Virus record (IMG/VR): IMGVR_UViG_3300027887_000330
From: a virus
Taxonomy: Duplodnaviria; Heunggongvirae; Uroviricota; Caudoviricetes
Length of the DNA stretch: 64,000 nucleotides
Direction: 5' to 3' (one strand)
A model generated the notes under the pieces. It made no database searches. It had not been told where the DNA came from and saw nothing but the letters and a program-made list of their open reading frames with translations. This document shows positions 36,731 to 45,818 of the stretch, piece after piece; positions within the stretch are counted from its first letter, which is position 1, and each line of letters opens with the position of its first letter. The position numbers and the translations under genes were made by a program.

Positions 36731-37258
36731 TTAGTGGTGATTCATGGTGACTACACCACCAACACCTTTCTTTTCCAGTATGTTCACACTACCTGAGTGA
36801 TAGTCCATCGCGGAGGCGTAGGACCCTGAGTCGTCAGCATACTCAATGTGGACAATACGATAGCCGCGTTTTACGGCACCCAGTAATTTAGAATATGCTC
36901 TGATCCTCTGCTTTGTGTAGTAGCTAAAGCCGTGTTTTTCTCCTCGATCTTTAATAAGCCACTTCACCTCTTCTAAGATGCTGGCCCGGAGGCCGGGGAT
37001 ACTAAATTCCTCTAACCGTTCTTTGAAGTGGGGAGAGTTCGAGGCCTCCAGTTTGGCCATGGCTTCTTTGTCTTCTTGTTCTGTCCGGAGGAAATCCCTC
37101 AGTAAATTAAGGCTGTCTATTTTGAACCCGTCATCAGCAAAGATAGGTGTTAGGCCGATCTCGTCAAAGAATTCGTGGCTGATGTTTTGATTCTGTGGGA
37201 TAAAGAAATAGTAGCCTGAGCTTGAGGAATTGGTTACAAATTTAGGTCTGTAGAACAT
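36731..37258 (-). CDS. MFYR-family paralog 9 (start MFYRPKFVTNSSSSGY)
   Basis: Internal Met restores the conserved N-terminus. The same 45-nt DNA block sits at the start. Confidence 0.55.
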   Translation of the reverse strand: MFYRPKFVTNSSSSGYYFFIPQNQNISHEFFDEIGLTPIFADDGFKIDSLNLLRDFLRTEQEDKEAMAKLEASNSPHFKERLEEFSIPGLRASILEEVKWLIKDRGEKHGFSYYTKQRIRAYSKLLGAVKRGYRIVHIEYADDSGSYASAMDYHSGSVNILEKKGVGGVVTMNHH

Positions 37259-37268
37259 CACTTTATCC

Positions 37269-37592
37269 TTAACACTGGAATGAATACCAGCCAGAACTGT
37301 CTGTGCCGTATTCGATTTCATCTTCAGCGAAGTGACCTAAATATTCTATATCGTAGAAAATGGCACAACCCTTTCCAATTTTATCTCTCACTACAGCCTG
37401 TGCTCCTTCGTCCATATAATCGTCCAGCTCCTCTGCGGTTCCTCCAGTAAATATGGACTCTCCACAATGAGGGCATCTGAGATTACCGGGACTGTAATTC
37501 TTCATCTCCGTGGGGTAATTTTCAGGGTCTTTCTCCCATATTATCATACAGGAGGAGGAGGAGTTTGTCACAAATTTAGGTCTGTAATGCAT
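37269..37592 (-). CDS. MFYR-family paralog 10 (MHYRPKFVTNSSSSCM)
   Basis: Conserved N-terminus. C-terminal SSGWYSF. Contains CPHCGE. Confidence 0.55.
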   Translation of the reverse strand: MHYRPKFVTNSSSSCMIIWEKDPENYPTEMKNYSPGNLRCPHCGESIFTGGTAEELDDYMDEGAQAVVRDKIGKGCAIFYDIEYLGHFAEDEIEYGTDSSGWYSFQC

Positions 37593-37787
37593 GTTACTCC
37601 CCTATCATAGCTAAAATTTCTTCCGCGATCTCTTTCTTTCCCACAAGAACCCACTCCGCGATTCTTTTATGCTCACGACTGGTGTAGAGATCCATGCCGC
37701 CCAATTCTAAGTCTCGGGCGGCAAGGCATAGTTCCCTAACCCTGTCAAGCACTACTACGTTCGTGTGATCAGGGCTCAGGACCATGG

Positions 37788-38126
37788 TTAATCTCTCACG
37801 AACTGGCTTCGGTTCTCGAAGTGGTCAAACTCCCGCACCTGGTCAATGTAGTAGGTGCCCGCGGGCAGGGTGATGGTATTGTGCTCCTCGTGGGAGATGG
37901 TGCACGGCTCAGTGAGTTCGAAAACTATCATGTTGTTGCTGGCCTGCTTCGGAACAAACTTCACAATCTTGCCACGGATCACGTGGGAATGTCCTGTGGT
38001 TTCCCCTTGTGCAACAACCAGCTCTCCGACATCCTGTTTGTCCCTCTTCATCGCTTCTTCGCGCTGCCAATGCGGTAATTCGCTTACCGGCTTAATTAGT
38101 ACGTCGCCTTGTTGAAAATAATTCAC
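37788..38126 (-). CDS. Hypothetical protein
   Basis: 112-aa ORF. Confidence 0.4.
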   Translation of the reverse strand: MNYFQQGDVLIKPVSELPHWQREEAMKRDKQDVGELVVAQGETTGHSHVIRGKIVKFVPKQASNNMIVFELTEPCTISHEEHNTITLPAGTYYIDQVREFDHFENRSQFVRD

Positions 38127-38138
38127 TGCTTTGTCTCC

Positions 38139-39272
38139 TTAGGTCAATATAATAGGGACAGCATTGGTACCATTTCTGTATTCCAAAGCTGCCGCTACGG
38201 TAGTGGTCCTTGGTTCCACGCCCTCGATGTGCCAGGTTCCAGTGGACGGGTTTAACATTTTCAGATAGGGCCGATTTCGGTTAGCATCAATCGCCAGATT
38301 GACTAACTCATACTTGCCGTCGTCGCTCTTGTCTAGGAGGGTGGCCCCTAATTCTGCAAGTACCCTCTCAATTCCTATCTTTCTGACTAGCTCGCGCCGG
38401 ATCTCAGCGTTTCTAGTTTTTGTGATCATTTCGGCCTTCAGCTTTTCGGCTGGGGTAACAACGACCTGCTTCGATACCCGAACGTCATTCATGCAGTAGA
38501 TGCCCGACTTCAGTTTAGGAAAGTAAATTGCCGGGCCGTCCTCGCGGTGTAGGAAGTTCCTGCTGTCTATGTGTAGAACAGGTTTTTCCACCAGGATCAG
38601 CTTGTTGTTTATGAACAGGATCGAATACAAGTTCAAGGCTATTGTCTCACAGGCCTTGATGTATTTCAAAGTTGTCTTGGCGTCCTCGACATAGTACTTG
38701 CCAAGGGCATAGACCTTCGGGTAGTTCGCTACCCTAAGGGGCAGAACCGATCTGGAGTAGTAATTACGGGTTCTCCAGTCGGTTACGATAGGGGATTTCT
38801 TGTTCAGGTTGTACATCTTCCCAGAGATGGTCTTGGCCTGATTGACTAGTCTATTCACCCGTCCTATATAAAGCTGGGTGATGACCCCGATGTCGAGGAA
38901 AGTATCAAGGAGCTCTTGTGGCGGCTTTGGCTCCGCCCAGTAACCGAATAGGCCTGAGTGTAGAAGACTGTTGACAGTGGAAAGTTTGTTAGTAACTCCC
39001 CAATGAGCCTTATAATAGCTGGACATTTGTTCAGCTAGTGTAGCCTCTCCTACCTTTGCTGGCTCAAGGTCTTTGGTTTTGAGCTCCGAAAGCCATAGTA
39101 ATTTAGGCTTCTTGGGAACTACAGCGATGTCTGCCACAACCGTGCGAACAGCTTTAAACACATCCGATTCGCTGTCCGTCTTATCCCCGATCAGCCGCCC
39201 CTTGAAAAATAAGGCTTGATCCTGAATTTCCTTCATCAATACTTTGTCTTTAGGGTCTAATTTTACATCCAT
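38139..39272 (-). CDS. Hypothetical protein coupled to the radical SAM gene
   Basis: 377 aa. Start overlaps the stop of the radical SAM gene. Confidence 0.5.
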   Translation of the reverse strand: MDVKLDPKDKVLMKEIQDQALFFKGRLIGDKTDSESDVFKAVRTVVADIAVVPKKPKLLWLSELKTKDLEPAKVGEATLAEQMSSYYKAHWGVTNKLSTVNSLLHSGLFGYWAEPKPPQELLDTFLDIGVITQLYIGRVNRLVNQAKTISGKMYNLNKKSPIVTDWRTRNYYSRSVLPLRVANYPKVYALGKYYVEDAKTTLKYIKACETIALNLYSILFINNKLILVEKPVLHIDSRNFLHREDGPAIYFPKLKSGIYCMNDVRVSKQVVVTPAEKLKAEMITKTRNAEIRRELVRKIGIERVLAELGATLLDKSDDGKYELVNLAIDANRNRPYLKMLNPSTGTWHIEGVEPRTTTVAAALEYRNGTNAVPIILT

Positions 39273-40312
39273 TAAATCGTTCGCTCCGTTTTTTCACATG
39301 GGTTTATGCCAGGCAACACATGACAACTATGACATAGGTCGTTAACATCACAGCCTGGGCACGCCGTGGTCACTTTTTCTCGGTAAGGTTGGAGTTTCTC
39401 TTTCCATATCTCCTCAAAAGAGTGGTCATGTAAACTAAACTTGTCTTTGAGATTGAAAGAGCAGGGAGATACGGTGAGATCCTCCCCAACAAACACGCTG
39501 AAGCAACCACTGTCACAAGGTCCGAGTGTATATCTCGGAAGGTCTTGGCGGGGCACAATGGACATAAGGGAGGGTGAAAAGCAACTATCAATTCCTACGC
39601 TTACCTTTCCCTTATAATTCCTCAGGGATTTTACAAACCTGAGTTTCTGGTCTCGATGGGGATGCTGTTCCCAGCTCCCCCGCCCGATGGGTTTGTGCAT
39701 CAAACAGATACACGAATACAGAGGGTATTTCCCGCCGAACAAACCCTCTCCCTGTGCTGCTATGTCTAGTTCGTGGCCCCACTCATCAATGTGTGCCTTG
39801 TCTAAAACGACATGGATAGCGGGCTCTATCCCTGCCTCTAGCAGCCGTTCAACCTCCTTTAACGCCGTCCGTCTGTTGTGCATCGAAATTGCTACAGCTC
39901 CAGCATAGCGTTTGGTAGCCTCTAGTATCTCGTCTGTCATGTCTACGCCATTTGAAGTGTAGCTGGGCGGTATTCCTTTGTCATGAGCGATCCTCAGGAT
40001 CTCGATGAATTCGGGGTGGTGCTGCGGGCTGCCGCCCCCAATTGCAACTTGAAGAACGTGAGGACTCATAGCGTCTAATACTGCCGCGAAATCCGACGGA
40101 CTCATGTGGTGACTCTTACTAGGGTCGCTCTCCCTGTAACAATACTCACAGTTAAGAGGACAATAGTCAGTAATATGAATGTCCGCTAGCTCCGGACCGT
40201 GCAGAGAAAATTTTGGATCTGAATAACCGGGTTTTTCCTTCCTTAAGAACTCTCCTGTTTCCACATCGAAAAAAACCACATAAGTTCCGTAATCAATGAC
40301 TTTGATTGGCAT
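39272..40312 (-). CDS. Radical SAM enzyme with C-terminal SPASM-like auxiliary Fe-S domain
   Basis: CPLNCEYC (CxxxCxxC) near the N-terminus. C-terminal CFSVFVGEDLTVSPC then CPGCDVNDLCHSC then C fits the SPASM pattern. Confidence 0.7.
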   Translation of the reverse strand: MPIKVIDYGTYVVFFDVETGEFLRKEKPGYSDPKFSLHGPELADIHITDYCPLNCEYCYRESDPSKSHHMSPSDFAAVLDAMSPHVLQVAIGGGSPQHHPEFIEILRIAHDKGIPPSYTSNGVDMTDEILEATKRYAGAVAISMHNRRTALKEVERLLEAGIEPAIHVVLDKAHIDEWGHELDIAAQGEGLFGGKYPLYSCICLMHKPIGRGSWEQHPHRDQKLRFVKSLRNYKGKVSVGIDSCFSPSLMSIVPRQDLPRYTLGPCDSGCFSVFVGEDLTVSPCSFNLKDKFSLHDHSFEEIWKEKLQPYREKVTTACPGCDVNDLCHSCHVLPGINPCEKTERTI

Positions 40313-40509
40313 TCAACCTCCTTAAGTGGACTCCTCTTCTTGCTCTACCAGCTCACCTTCCAAGGAGTTTATCTCCCCGGATAGCCAGTCCATTGCTTGG
40401 TGGAGTGTCTGGAAGCCTTTATCATAGTATTTTCCCAAGATAGCTTCGTCGTCTTGGAATTCCTTGATAGCGGCCTCTATGTTCAGTCTTTCCAGGGAAG
40501 ATTTAGGCA

Positions 40510-41073
40510 TTAGTCCTCCTCGTCAAATTCCTCTGTGAAGTCCTCGTCGAGCCTGACCTCTCCGGGAGTCACTATCAGAGTCATGTGCTCAATAGAAAGG
40601 TTCTCTATAGTGATGTTGACCACCTGGGTGGGCCGTGGCTCGAAAGGTTTTAAGGCTGTGGCCCCCAGCACAAAACGGCCGGGATCGTCGCCTTCCACGT
40701 CATAATCTGGGCTTAGACCCCCAGCCGCTGCCTTAGGGGGGCTGTCAGTCTTGGCCTCATCCGGAGACATGGCCTTCTGGTTTGTCTTCGTGTAAGTTGC
40801 CGCGTTGGTCCCTGAGACATGATACAAAGTTGCCTCTGTATTAGATCCGTTAGGAAGTTTCACATCAATTGTGGTTGTTGTGTACTTGAATCCGTATTGT
40901 GGGGCCATGTTAACCACATTGGTCCGTAGAAAGTCTGCCACGTCTCTGTTCCGGACCCAGTCTCCTCTCTGTTTAAGAGAATTGGCTATGTCTACAGAGG
41001 TAAACATCTTTCCTCTCTGCATCCATTGCCCTGCTTCTACTCTAATCTTGCTTGCATCTGCTGGTGAACACAT
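40510..41073 (-). CDS. Hypothetical protein with acidic C-terminal tail
   Basis: 187 aa. Confidence 0.4.
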   Translation of the reverse strand: MCSPADASKIRVEAGQWMQRGKMFTSVDIANSLKQRGDWVRNRDVADFLRTNVVNMAPQYGFKYTTTTIDVKLPNGSNTEATLYHVSGTNAATYTKTNQKAMSPDEAKTDSPPKAAAGGLSPDYDVEGDDPGRFVLGATALKPFEPRPTQVVNITIENLSIEHMTLIVTPGEVRLDEDFTEEFDEED

Positions 41074-41077
41074 TATG

Positions 41078-41593
41078 TTATACCGCTCCTTGGCGCTTTC
41101 GATGTATTGCGTTGTATTCTTCTTCTTGTCTACGCCGTTCCGCGTAGTGTTCTTCTGCTCTTCGTCTGGACCTAATTAGAACTCTTTCTTTCAAGTCTGT
41201 GATATCCTCTGCGGGCCAGGATATTAATCCCGCTTCTCGTAGAGTATCACAAAAGAAATTAAGACCAGACTGAGAATCTATGTGGTAGTTATTCACAAAA
41301 CCATTTTTGGCCCACTCTTCTGGGGGCGGACAACCACAATGTCCAGCGACCCTCACATCTTTTATTCCCCTAGGGTGCTTGTATAGGATCTTTGCAACGT
41401 CTAAGGGAACGGGGCCATTGACTACCCAGTAATACCAGGCTCTCCAAAATTCAAAGTCTCCAGCTATGCCGGTTAACTGGGCTGGAACCTCATTCCTTAA
41501 AGGCGTTCCGTGTTCTACTATAAGAACTCCAGCCTTATACAATTCGTCGAGAATATTAATATCACAGTCGGGTTTTCCTGCTAAATTTTCCAA
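41078..41593 (-). CDS. Hypothetical protein
   Basis: 171 aa. Confidence 0.4.
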   Translation of the reverse strand: MENLAGKPDCDINILDELYKAGVLIVEHGTPLRNEVPAQLTGIAGDFEFWRAWYYWVVNGPVPLDVAKILYKHPRGIKDVRVAGHCGCPPPEEWAKNGFVNNYHIDSQSGLNFFCDTLREAGLISWPAEDITDLKERVLIRSRRRAEEHYAERRRQEEEYNAIHRKRQGAV

Positions 41594-41594
41594 A

Positions 41595-42095
41595 TCAATT
41601 TTCCTTTACCCTCTCCCAAGAAGCGATCTTCATGTCACTGTTATCTACACTGAAGGCCGAGTTTATTTCTACCCCTCTACTCCAGCCGGGAAGGTCCCCG
41701 TTTCCTCCGCTGAGGTGCTCAAGAGTTTTTGAAACCTCAAGATACTTTTGCTTATCTCTCTTAGCTAATTTTCCTAGGAGTAGCCGTATCTCATGGTTAA
41801 CTTGTCCGCGAGATATTGTCATTGGATACAGGTGTCTTTCTCTCCTGTGTATCAGGGAGCGATCAAACTTATATCCTCTGTGAGTTCCCTCCCAATAGAT
41901 CTCCATGAGATAACAACCTATAGCGGAGAGTGGCTCGCTGTGGGTTTTAAATCTTTCCATCTGCGGATGAGTGCCATAGGATAGTTTGTATGGCGGGCCA
42001 GCTATTAATATCCTTTGTGCATGTAGAGCTTCCCGCCACAATCCCAATAGGCCCATCCTGTCAAGAAGTTCCGGATGAATGGACCAAAGTCTCAT
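41595..42095 (-). CDS. Possible pyrimidine-dimer DNA glycosylase (T4 endonuclease V/DenV-like)
   Basis: N-terminal MRLWSIHPELLDRMGLLGLWREALHAQ resembles the Pyr_excise family N-terminus. Weak. Confidence 0.35.
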   Translation of the reverse strand: MRLWSIHPELLDRMGLLGLWREALHAQRILIAGPPYKLSYGTHPQMERFKTHSEPLSAIGCYLMEIYWEGTHRGYKFDRSLIHRRERHLYPMTISRGQVNHEIRLLLGKLAKRDKQKYLEVSKTLEHLSGGNGDLPGWSRGVEINSAFSVDNSDMKIASWERVKEN

Positions 42096-42502
42096 TATGC
42101 TGCCTTTTTCTTGCCCCTCTTCTTGGCTCCTGTAGCTTCTACCGCGGGGGTTGGGGGTTCCGGCTCAACCACAGCCACAACCACTGGTTCTGCAACTGCT
42201 TCTGCTTCACCTTCACCCTCTGCTGAGGGCCAGTTGGGGAGCTCTGTAATCTCTGTGATGCCTCGGACTGTCCAACGATGCTTGCAGCCTTCAGCTTGAC
42301 AGATAGCTCTCACCCCAATAAGATCTCCGTATTCTGGTTCCTGTTCTGGGCCGATCTTTCCGTCTTCGTCCTGTCTCCACACTCGGTATTCTTCGGATAC
42401 TTCTAGTAATTTGATATCTTTGCTCTTACACTTAGGGCAAATGATATCCGTTCGGATGTTATGTCTGGCCATATATTCTGGCTCTCCTTTAGTAGTTGTC
42501 AT
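42095..42502 (-). CDS. Zinc-ribbon protein with Ala/Gly/Glu-rich C-terminal tail
   Basis: CPKCKS...CQAEGC. 135 aa. Confidence 0.4.
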   Translation of the reverse strand: MTTTKGEPEYMARHNIRTDIICPKCKSKDIKLLEVSEEYRVWRQDEDGKIGPEQEPEYGDLIGVRAICQAEGCKHRWTVRGITEITELPNWPSAEGEGEAEAVAEPVVVAVVEPEPPTPAVEATGAKKRGKKKAA

Positions 42503-42739
42503 CGTAGGGAGGGCGCATATTTACAATATCTATAGGATGCTCTCCCGTTTCTTCTCCCCACTGAGATCTTGGGGCAAGTCGTTGTCCTGCCCAGTTGTAG
42601 TCGGCCCCACATATATCACATGTATTTGTGAAGCCATAACATGCTAATTGCTCTCCACAGCACTCAATGACTGTAGGTTCTTTAACCAATTTGCCGTCTT
42701 CTCCCACATAACTCTGGCCTCTTTGTATCACTCTTGACA

Positions 42740-44143
42740 TTACTCTTCCAGTTCTATGAGGTATGTTACTGTGCATTGCTCCAATTTGTAGACAATGAAT
42801 TCGTCGTTGTATAGGCTGCCCAGTCGTGCGAGGGCAGAAATACTGTGGTAACCTGACGGGGCACCCTGTGTTTTGGAGGAGCCCACCTCATAGGTTTTAC
42901 CCATAGCGAATTTACATCTCAAAAGGAACGTGTTTTTGAATGTGTTTCTCCTACCAGACCATCCCCCTACGCTGTAGTTTAATGACTTAGTAGATGAATT
43001 AGCGCCATAGATACCATTCCCAAACATTCTCCCGGTGACGTGCCCGGCAGAAACCGGAGGTATAATGAGGCCGCCCAGCATGATGCTGAGTAAATTAGCG
43101 TTCTGAGATCCGTGAAAGAATTCTTGTGTGTTTCCATATTTGGCTTCGGCCTTTTCGTACCTTTCCCGCTCCTTCCCAATCTTTATTATGTAGGCGTTCT
43201 TTACTTTCCACCTATCCAGATGGGCGTGTTTCTTTGTTCCGTTAACCGTATCCACCAAGTCTTTGTAGACTTTTGTTTTCTTGTCTATAGGCTCTATGTC
43301 AGTTTCGAATCCGCTGAACTGCTTAGAGGCATTGGTATTGGTAGTCATACCCATCTTTACGGACGCCTCTAGCTGGTCTAGCAAGTCATATTCTTCAGCG
43401 AGTTTAACATCGGTTATGATCCAGTCGTCTCTCGTTATTTTTCTTCCAAACTGATGGGGGATCTTACTGTAATAGAAGTTATTACTCATCCGGGTGATTT
43501 CTTTGTCCGGATCTATCTGGCCATCCTCAGACATCATATCCTTCAGATCATTCAGCGCCCGTCGAGCGTCATTAACCGTGTTAATGGTTACTGGCCCCAG
43601 CGCGGTCTCAAGTCCGTTTGCGGTAAGCGTGATGCTGGAGAGTGACGTAACTTTATGTATGTTTTCTTGTGCGAACTGCTCGATCAGCCGCTGGACATCT
43701 GGGTCAAATCTAGACGCTTCGTTAATTATCTCCTTGGCAGAAAGTTGAGTTGCTACGTCTTTAGTTGCCTTGCCCCTTACGTTAGGGGAACCTACTGTAG
43801 GACTAACCAACTCTACTAACTCATAATTCTCTCGGCGTGAAGACCCATCTTCTTCTTTTATGTTCTTTCCCTTGAGCTTCTTCTTAACTATGGAATCAAA
43901 TTCACTCTCCGCATTATAGAGAGCAGGCCATGGCCCGCGCTCGTCATAGACGCTGCTGGTATTTATTCTCCCATAGTGTGTAAAAAGTCTGTAATTCCCT
44001 GAGGCCGGGTCATGCTGTATCTCTATGGAGTAGAACTTATTATTATTCCCCTCGATATTTCCACAGCATAAAACCGTATGCTTAATTGTTTCTGTATAAG
44101 GACCGGGGCTGTCATCATACAGTTTCGTTGCTTTTACTGCCAT
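42740..44143 (-). CDS. Poly(ADP-ribose) polymerase homolog (WGR domain, helical domain and PARP catalytic domain)
   Basis: N-terminal WGR-like FYSIEIQHDPASGNYRLFTHYGRIN. Catalytic FHGSQNANLLSIMLGGLIIPP...VTGRMFGNGIYGANSSTKSLNY...YNDEFIVY aligns with the PARP1 H-G-S, G-I-Y and YNEYIVY blocks, giving an apparently intact H-Y-E triad. Confidence 0.8.
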   Translation of the reverse strand: MAVKATKLYDDSPGPYTETIKHTVLCCGNIEGNNNKFYSIEIQHDPASGNYRLFTHYGRINTSSVYDERGPWPALYNAESEFDSIVKKKLKGKNIKEEDGSSRRENYELVELVSPTVGSPNVRGKATKDVATQLSAKEIINEASRFDPDVQRLIEQFAQENIHKVTSLSSITLTANGLETALGPVTINTVNDARRALNDLKDMMSEDGQIDPDKEITRMSNNFYYSKIPHQFGRKITRDDWIITDVKLAEEYDLLDQLEASVKMGMTTNTNASKQFSGFETDIEPIDKKTKVYKDLVDTVNGTKKHAHLDRWKVKNAYIIKIGKERERYEKAEAKYGNTQEFFHGSQNANLLSIMLGGLIIPPVSAGHVTGRMFGNGIYGANSSTKSLNYSVGGWSGRRNTFKNTFLLRCKFAMGKTYEVGSSKTQGAPSGYHSISALARLGSLYNDEFIVYKLEQCTVTYLIELEE

Positions 44144-44409
44144 TTGTTACCAGTTCCAAGCCCTGTGTTGTTCTAGTTGCTCATTCATATCCATAGAGAG
44201 GTCGTAAACCTCTTCTATTCTCTGCATGTTTGACATCCTGAATTCTTTAGCCTTTTCCCGAGGATCTATACCCTTTTCTACCTCAACTGGGTAATCGTCA
44301 TAGTCATAGGTGTCACACACTATGATAAGGTGTGAATATTTACCTGCTCTTACTGCTTCCTCAAACCACCGTTTTATGTCTTCATATGAAGCTGCCACTG
44401 TGTTCCCTT

Positions 44410-44438
44410 AAAAGAAAAGGGGGCCCCGTAGGGCCCCC
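44410..44438 (-). terminator. Intrinsic terminator after the SPFH gene
   Basis: GGGGGCCC-CGTA-GGGCCCCC followed on the minus strand by UUUUCUUUU. Confidence 0.65.
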
Positions 44439-44445
44439 TGTTTCG

Positions 44446-45714
44446 TCACTTAGACTTGGGTTCCGGAGTCATTCCTATGTCGAAGCCCAACGCCTTCATG
44501 CTCATAAGCTGTAACATCTGTTGCGAGCTCATGAATTCCTTGTCAGTGTCACCACCGGCACCCATGATAGTGCGTGGCACTAGGCGCGTCTTGAAAGCTT
44601 CAGCCCAGGCGAGCTGTGTTTCTTTCCAGGCGTCGATCTTCATGGCCTGATAGTTATCTGCTTTCATCTTCAACTCGCGGGCCTTAGATTCACCCTCCGC
44701 TATCAAAATAGCAGCGAGTTTAGTCTGCTCGGCGGACTGTTTATCGAGTTCAGCTACCTTCAGCTTTTGGGCCGCGTCAATTTCCGCAACCTCTTTCTTC
44801 TGGTTAGCTAGAACAACAGCCCTTGCCTTCTTGGTTTCCTCTTCCCACTTTGCCTGGATTGCGTTGGCTTCCCCCTTGGCCTTTTCGGTCAGCTTATTCT
44901 GCTCAGCCTTCTGAGCTTCGGCGCGGGCGGTTTCCACGGACATGATCGCTTCTTGCTGCTTGTCGATCTGTTCGGCTACCTTGGGGCTATACTTAAACTT
45001 TTTCACTTCAAAGTTTGAGAGCGTAATCCCCGTGCCCTCCAATGGGTTGAACATATGCTGTGGTTTCCCGTCTTTGTCTCTCTTAATAACCTTTACGTAG
45101 CGGGAAACTTTTTCGCCAGTAATCGGGTCGTCCACTTTTTGCCATTCTTCAGAGGTAGCAAACATCCCCTTCTGGATCTGATCATACGACCACGTAATGA
45201 AGTCTGGTCTCTTCTCAGAATAGCTCTGCCGTGCTGACATTAAGTTAGCTGACATGCTCAACGAGTTTCGTAATGTAGGTAAGACAAGCTTTGTCATAAC
45301 TTCGTCAGGACTCGTGTAGCCTTTGTCGCTGATTAACTTCATCGCATCTTTATCAGAGGAAGGAAAGATTACTCGACAAGTCCCAGAGATCCAGCACAAT
45401 GAGCCGTCATTGAATCTCACCTCGATGGAGTTATCCTTGTTGACGTCGTCCTTGTGGTCCTTATCATCTGTGAAGAAGAATGTTTTTTCCTTGGGCCAGT
45501 TCCATACGTGGCCTATAGGAAACCACAAGCCGGGCCTCATATGTGCGTCAACTGTCCCGGTAAACCACTGCTGGCTGATCTGGTAGTAACCGGCGGGCAC
45601 CACGTTGTAGATCCCACCTATGATTGTGAGTCCTGATACTAGGACAACGATCCCTATTACCGCCCACTTAATTGCTCTCCACGGAAGCTTGGGAAGCCTA
45701 ATTTCCTCGTCCAT
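44446..45714 (-). CDS. SPFH/band-7 (stomatin/HflK-like) membrane protein with long coiled-coil
   Basis: N-terminal TM helix, SPFH-like core, then an Ala/Glu/Lys-rich coiled coil (AIQAKWEEETKKARAVVLANQKKEVAEIDAAQ...). Confidence 0.65.
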   Translation of the reverse strand: MDEEIRLPKLPWRAIKWAVIGIVVLVSGLTIIGGIYNVVPAGYYQISQQWFTGTVDAHMRPGLWFPIGHVWNWPKEKTFFFTDDKDHKDDVNKDNSIEVRFNDGSLCWISGTCRVIFPSSDKDAMKLISDKGYTSPDEVMTKLVLPTLRNSLSMSANLMSARQSYSEKRPDFITWSYDQIQKGMFATSEEWQKVDDPITGEKVSRYVKVIKRDKDGKPQHMFNPLEGTGITLSNFEVKKFKYSPKVAEQIDKQQEAIMSVETARAEAQKAEQNKLTEKAKGEANAIQAKWEEETKKARAVVLANQKKEVAEIDAAQKLKVAELDKQSAEQTKLAAILIAEGESKARELKMKADNYQAMKIDAWKETQLAWAEAFKTRLVPRTIMGAGGDTDKEFMSSQQMLQLMSMKALGFDIGMTPEPKSK

Positions 45715-45818
45715 TGTTTGCCTCTCTATACAAAATTGCTATGACCAAGTGATGGATCACCTTGGTTTGGAGGATTATAGCTATGGTAGCTACAATCGCG
45801 GTTATGAGTGTTACCATC

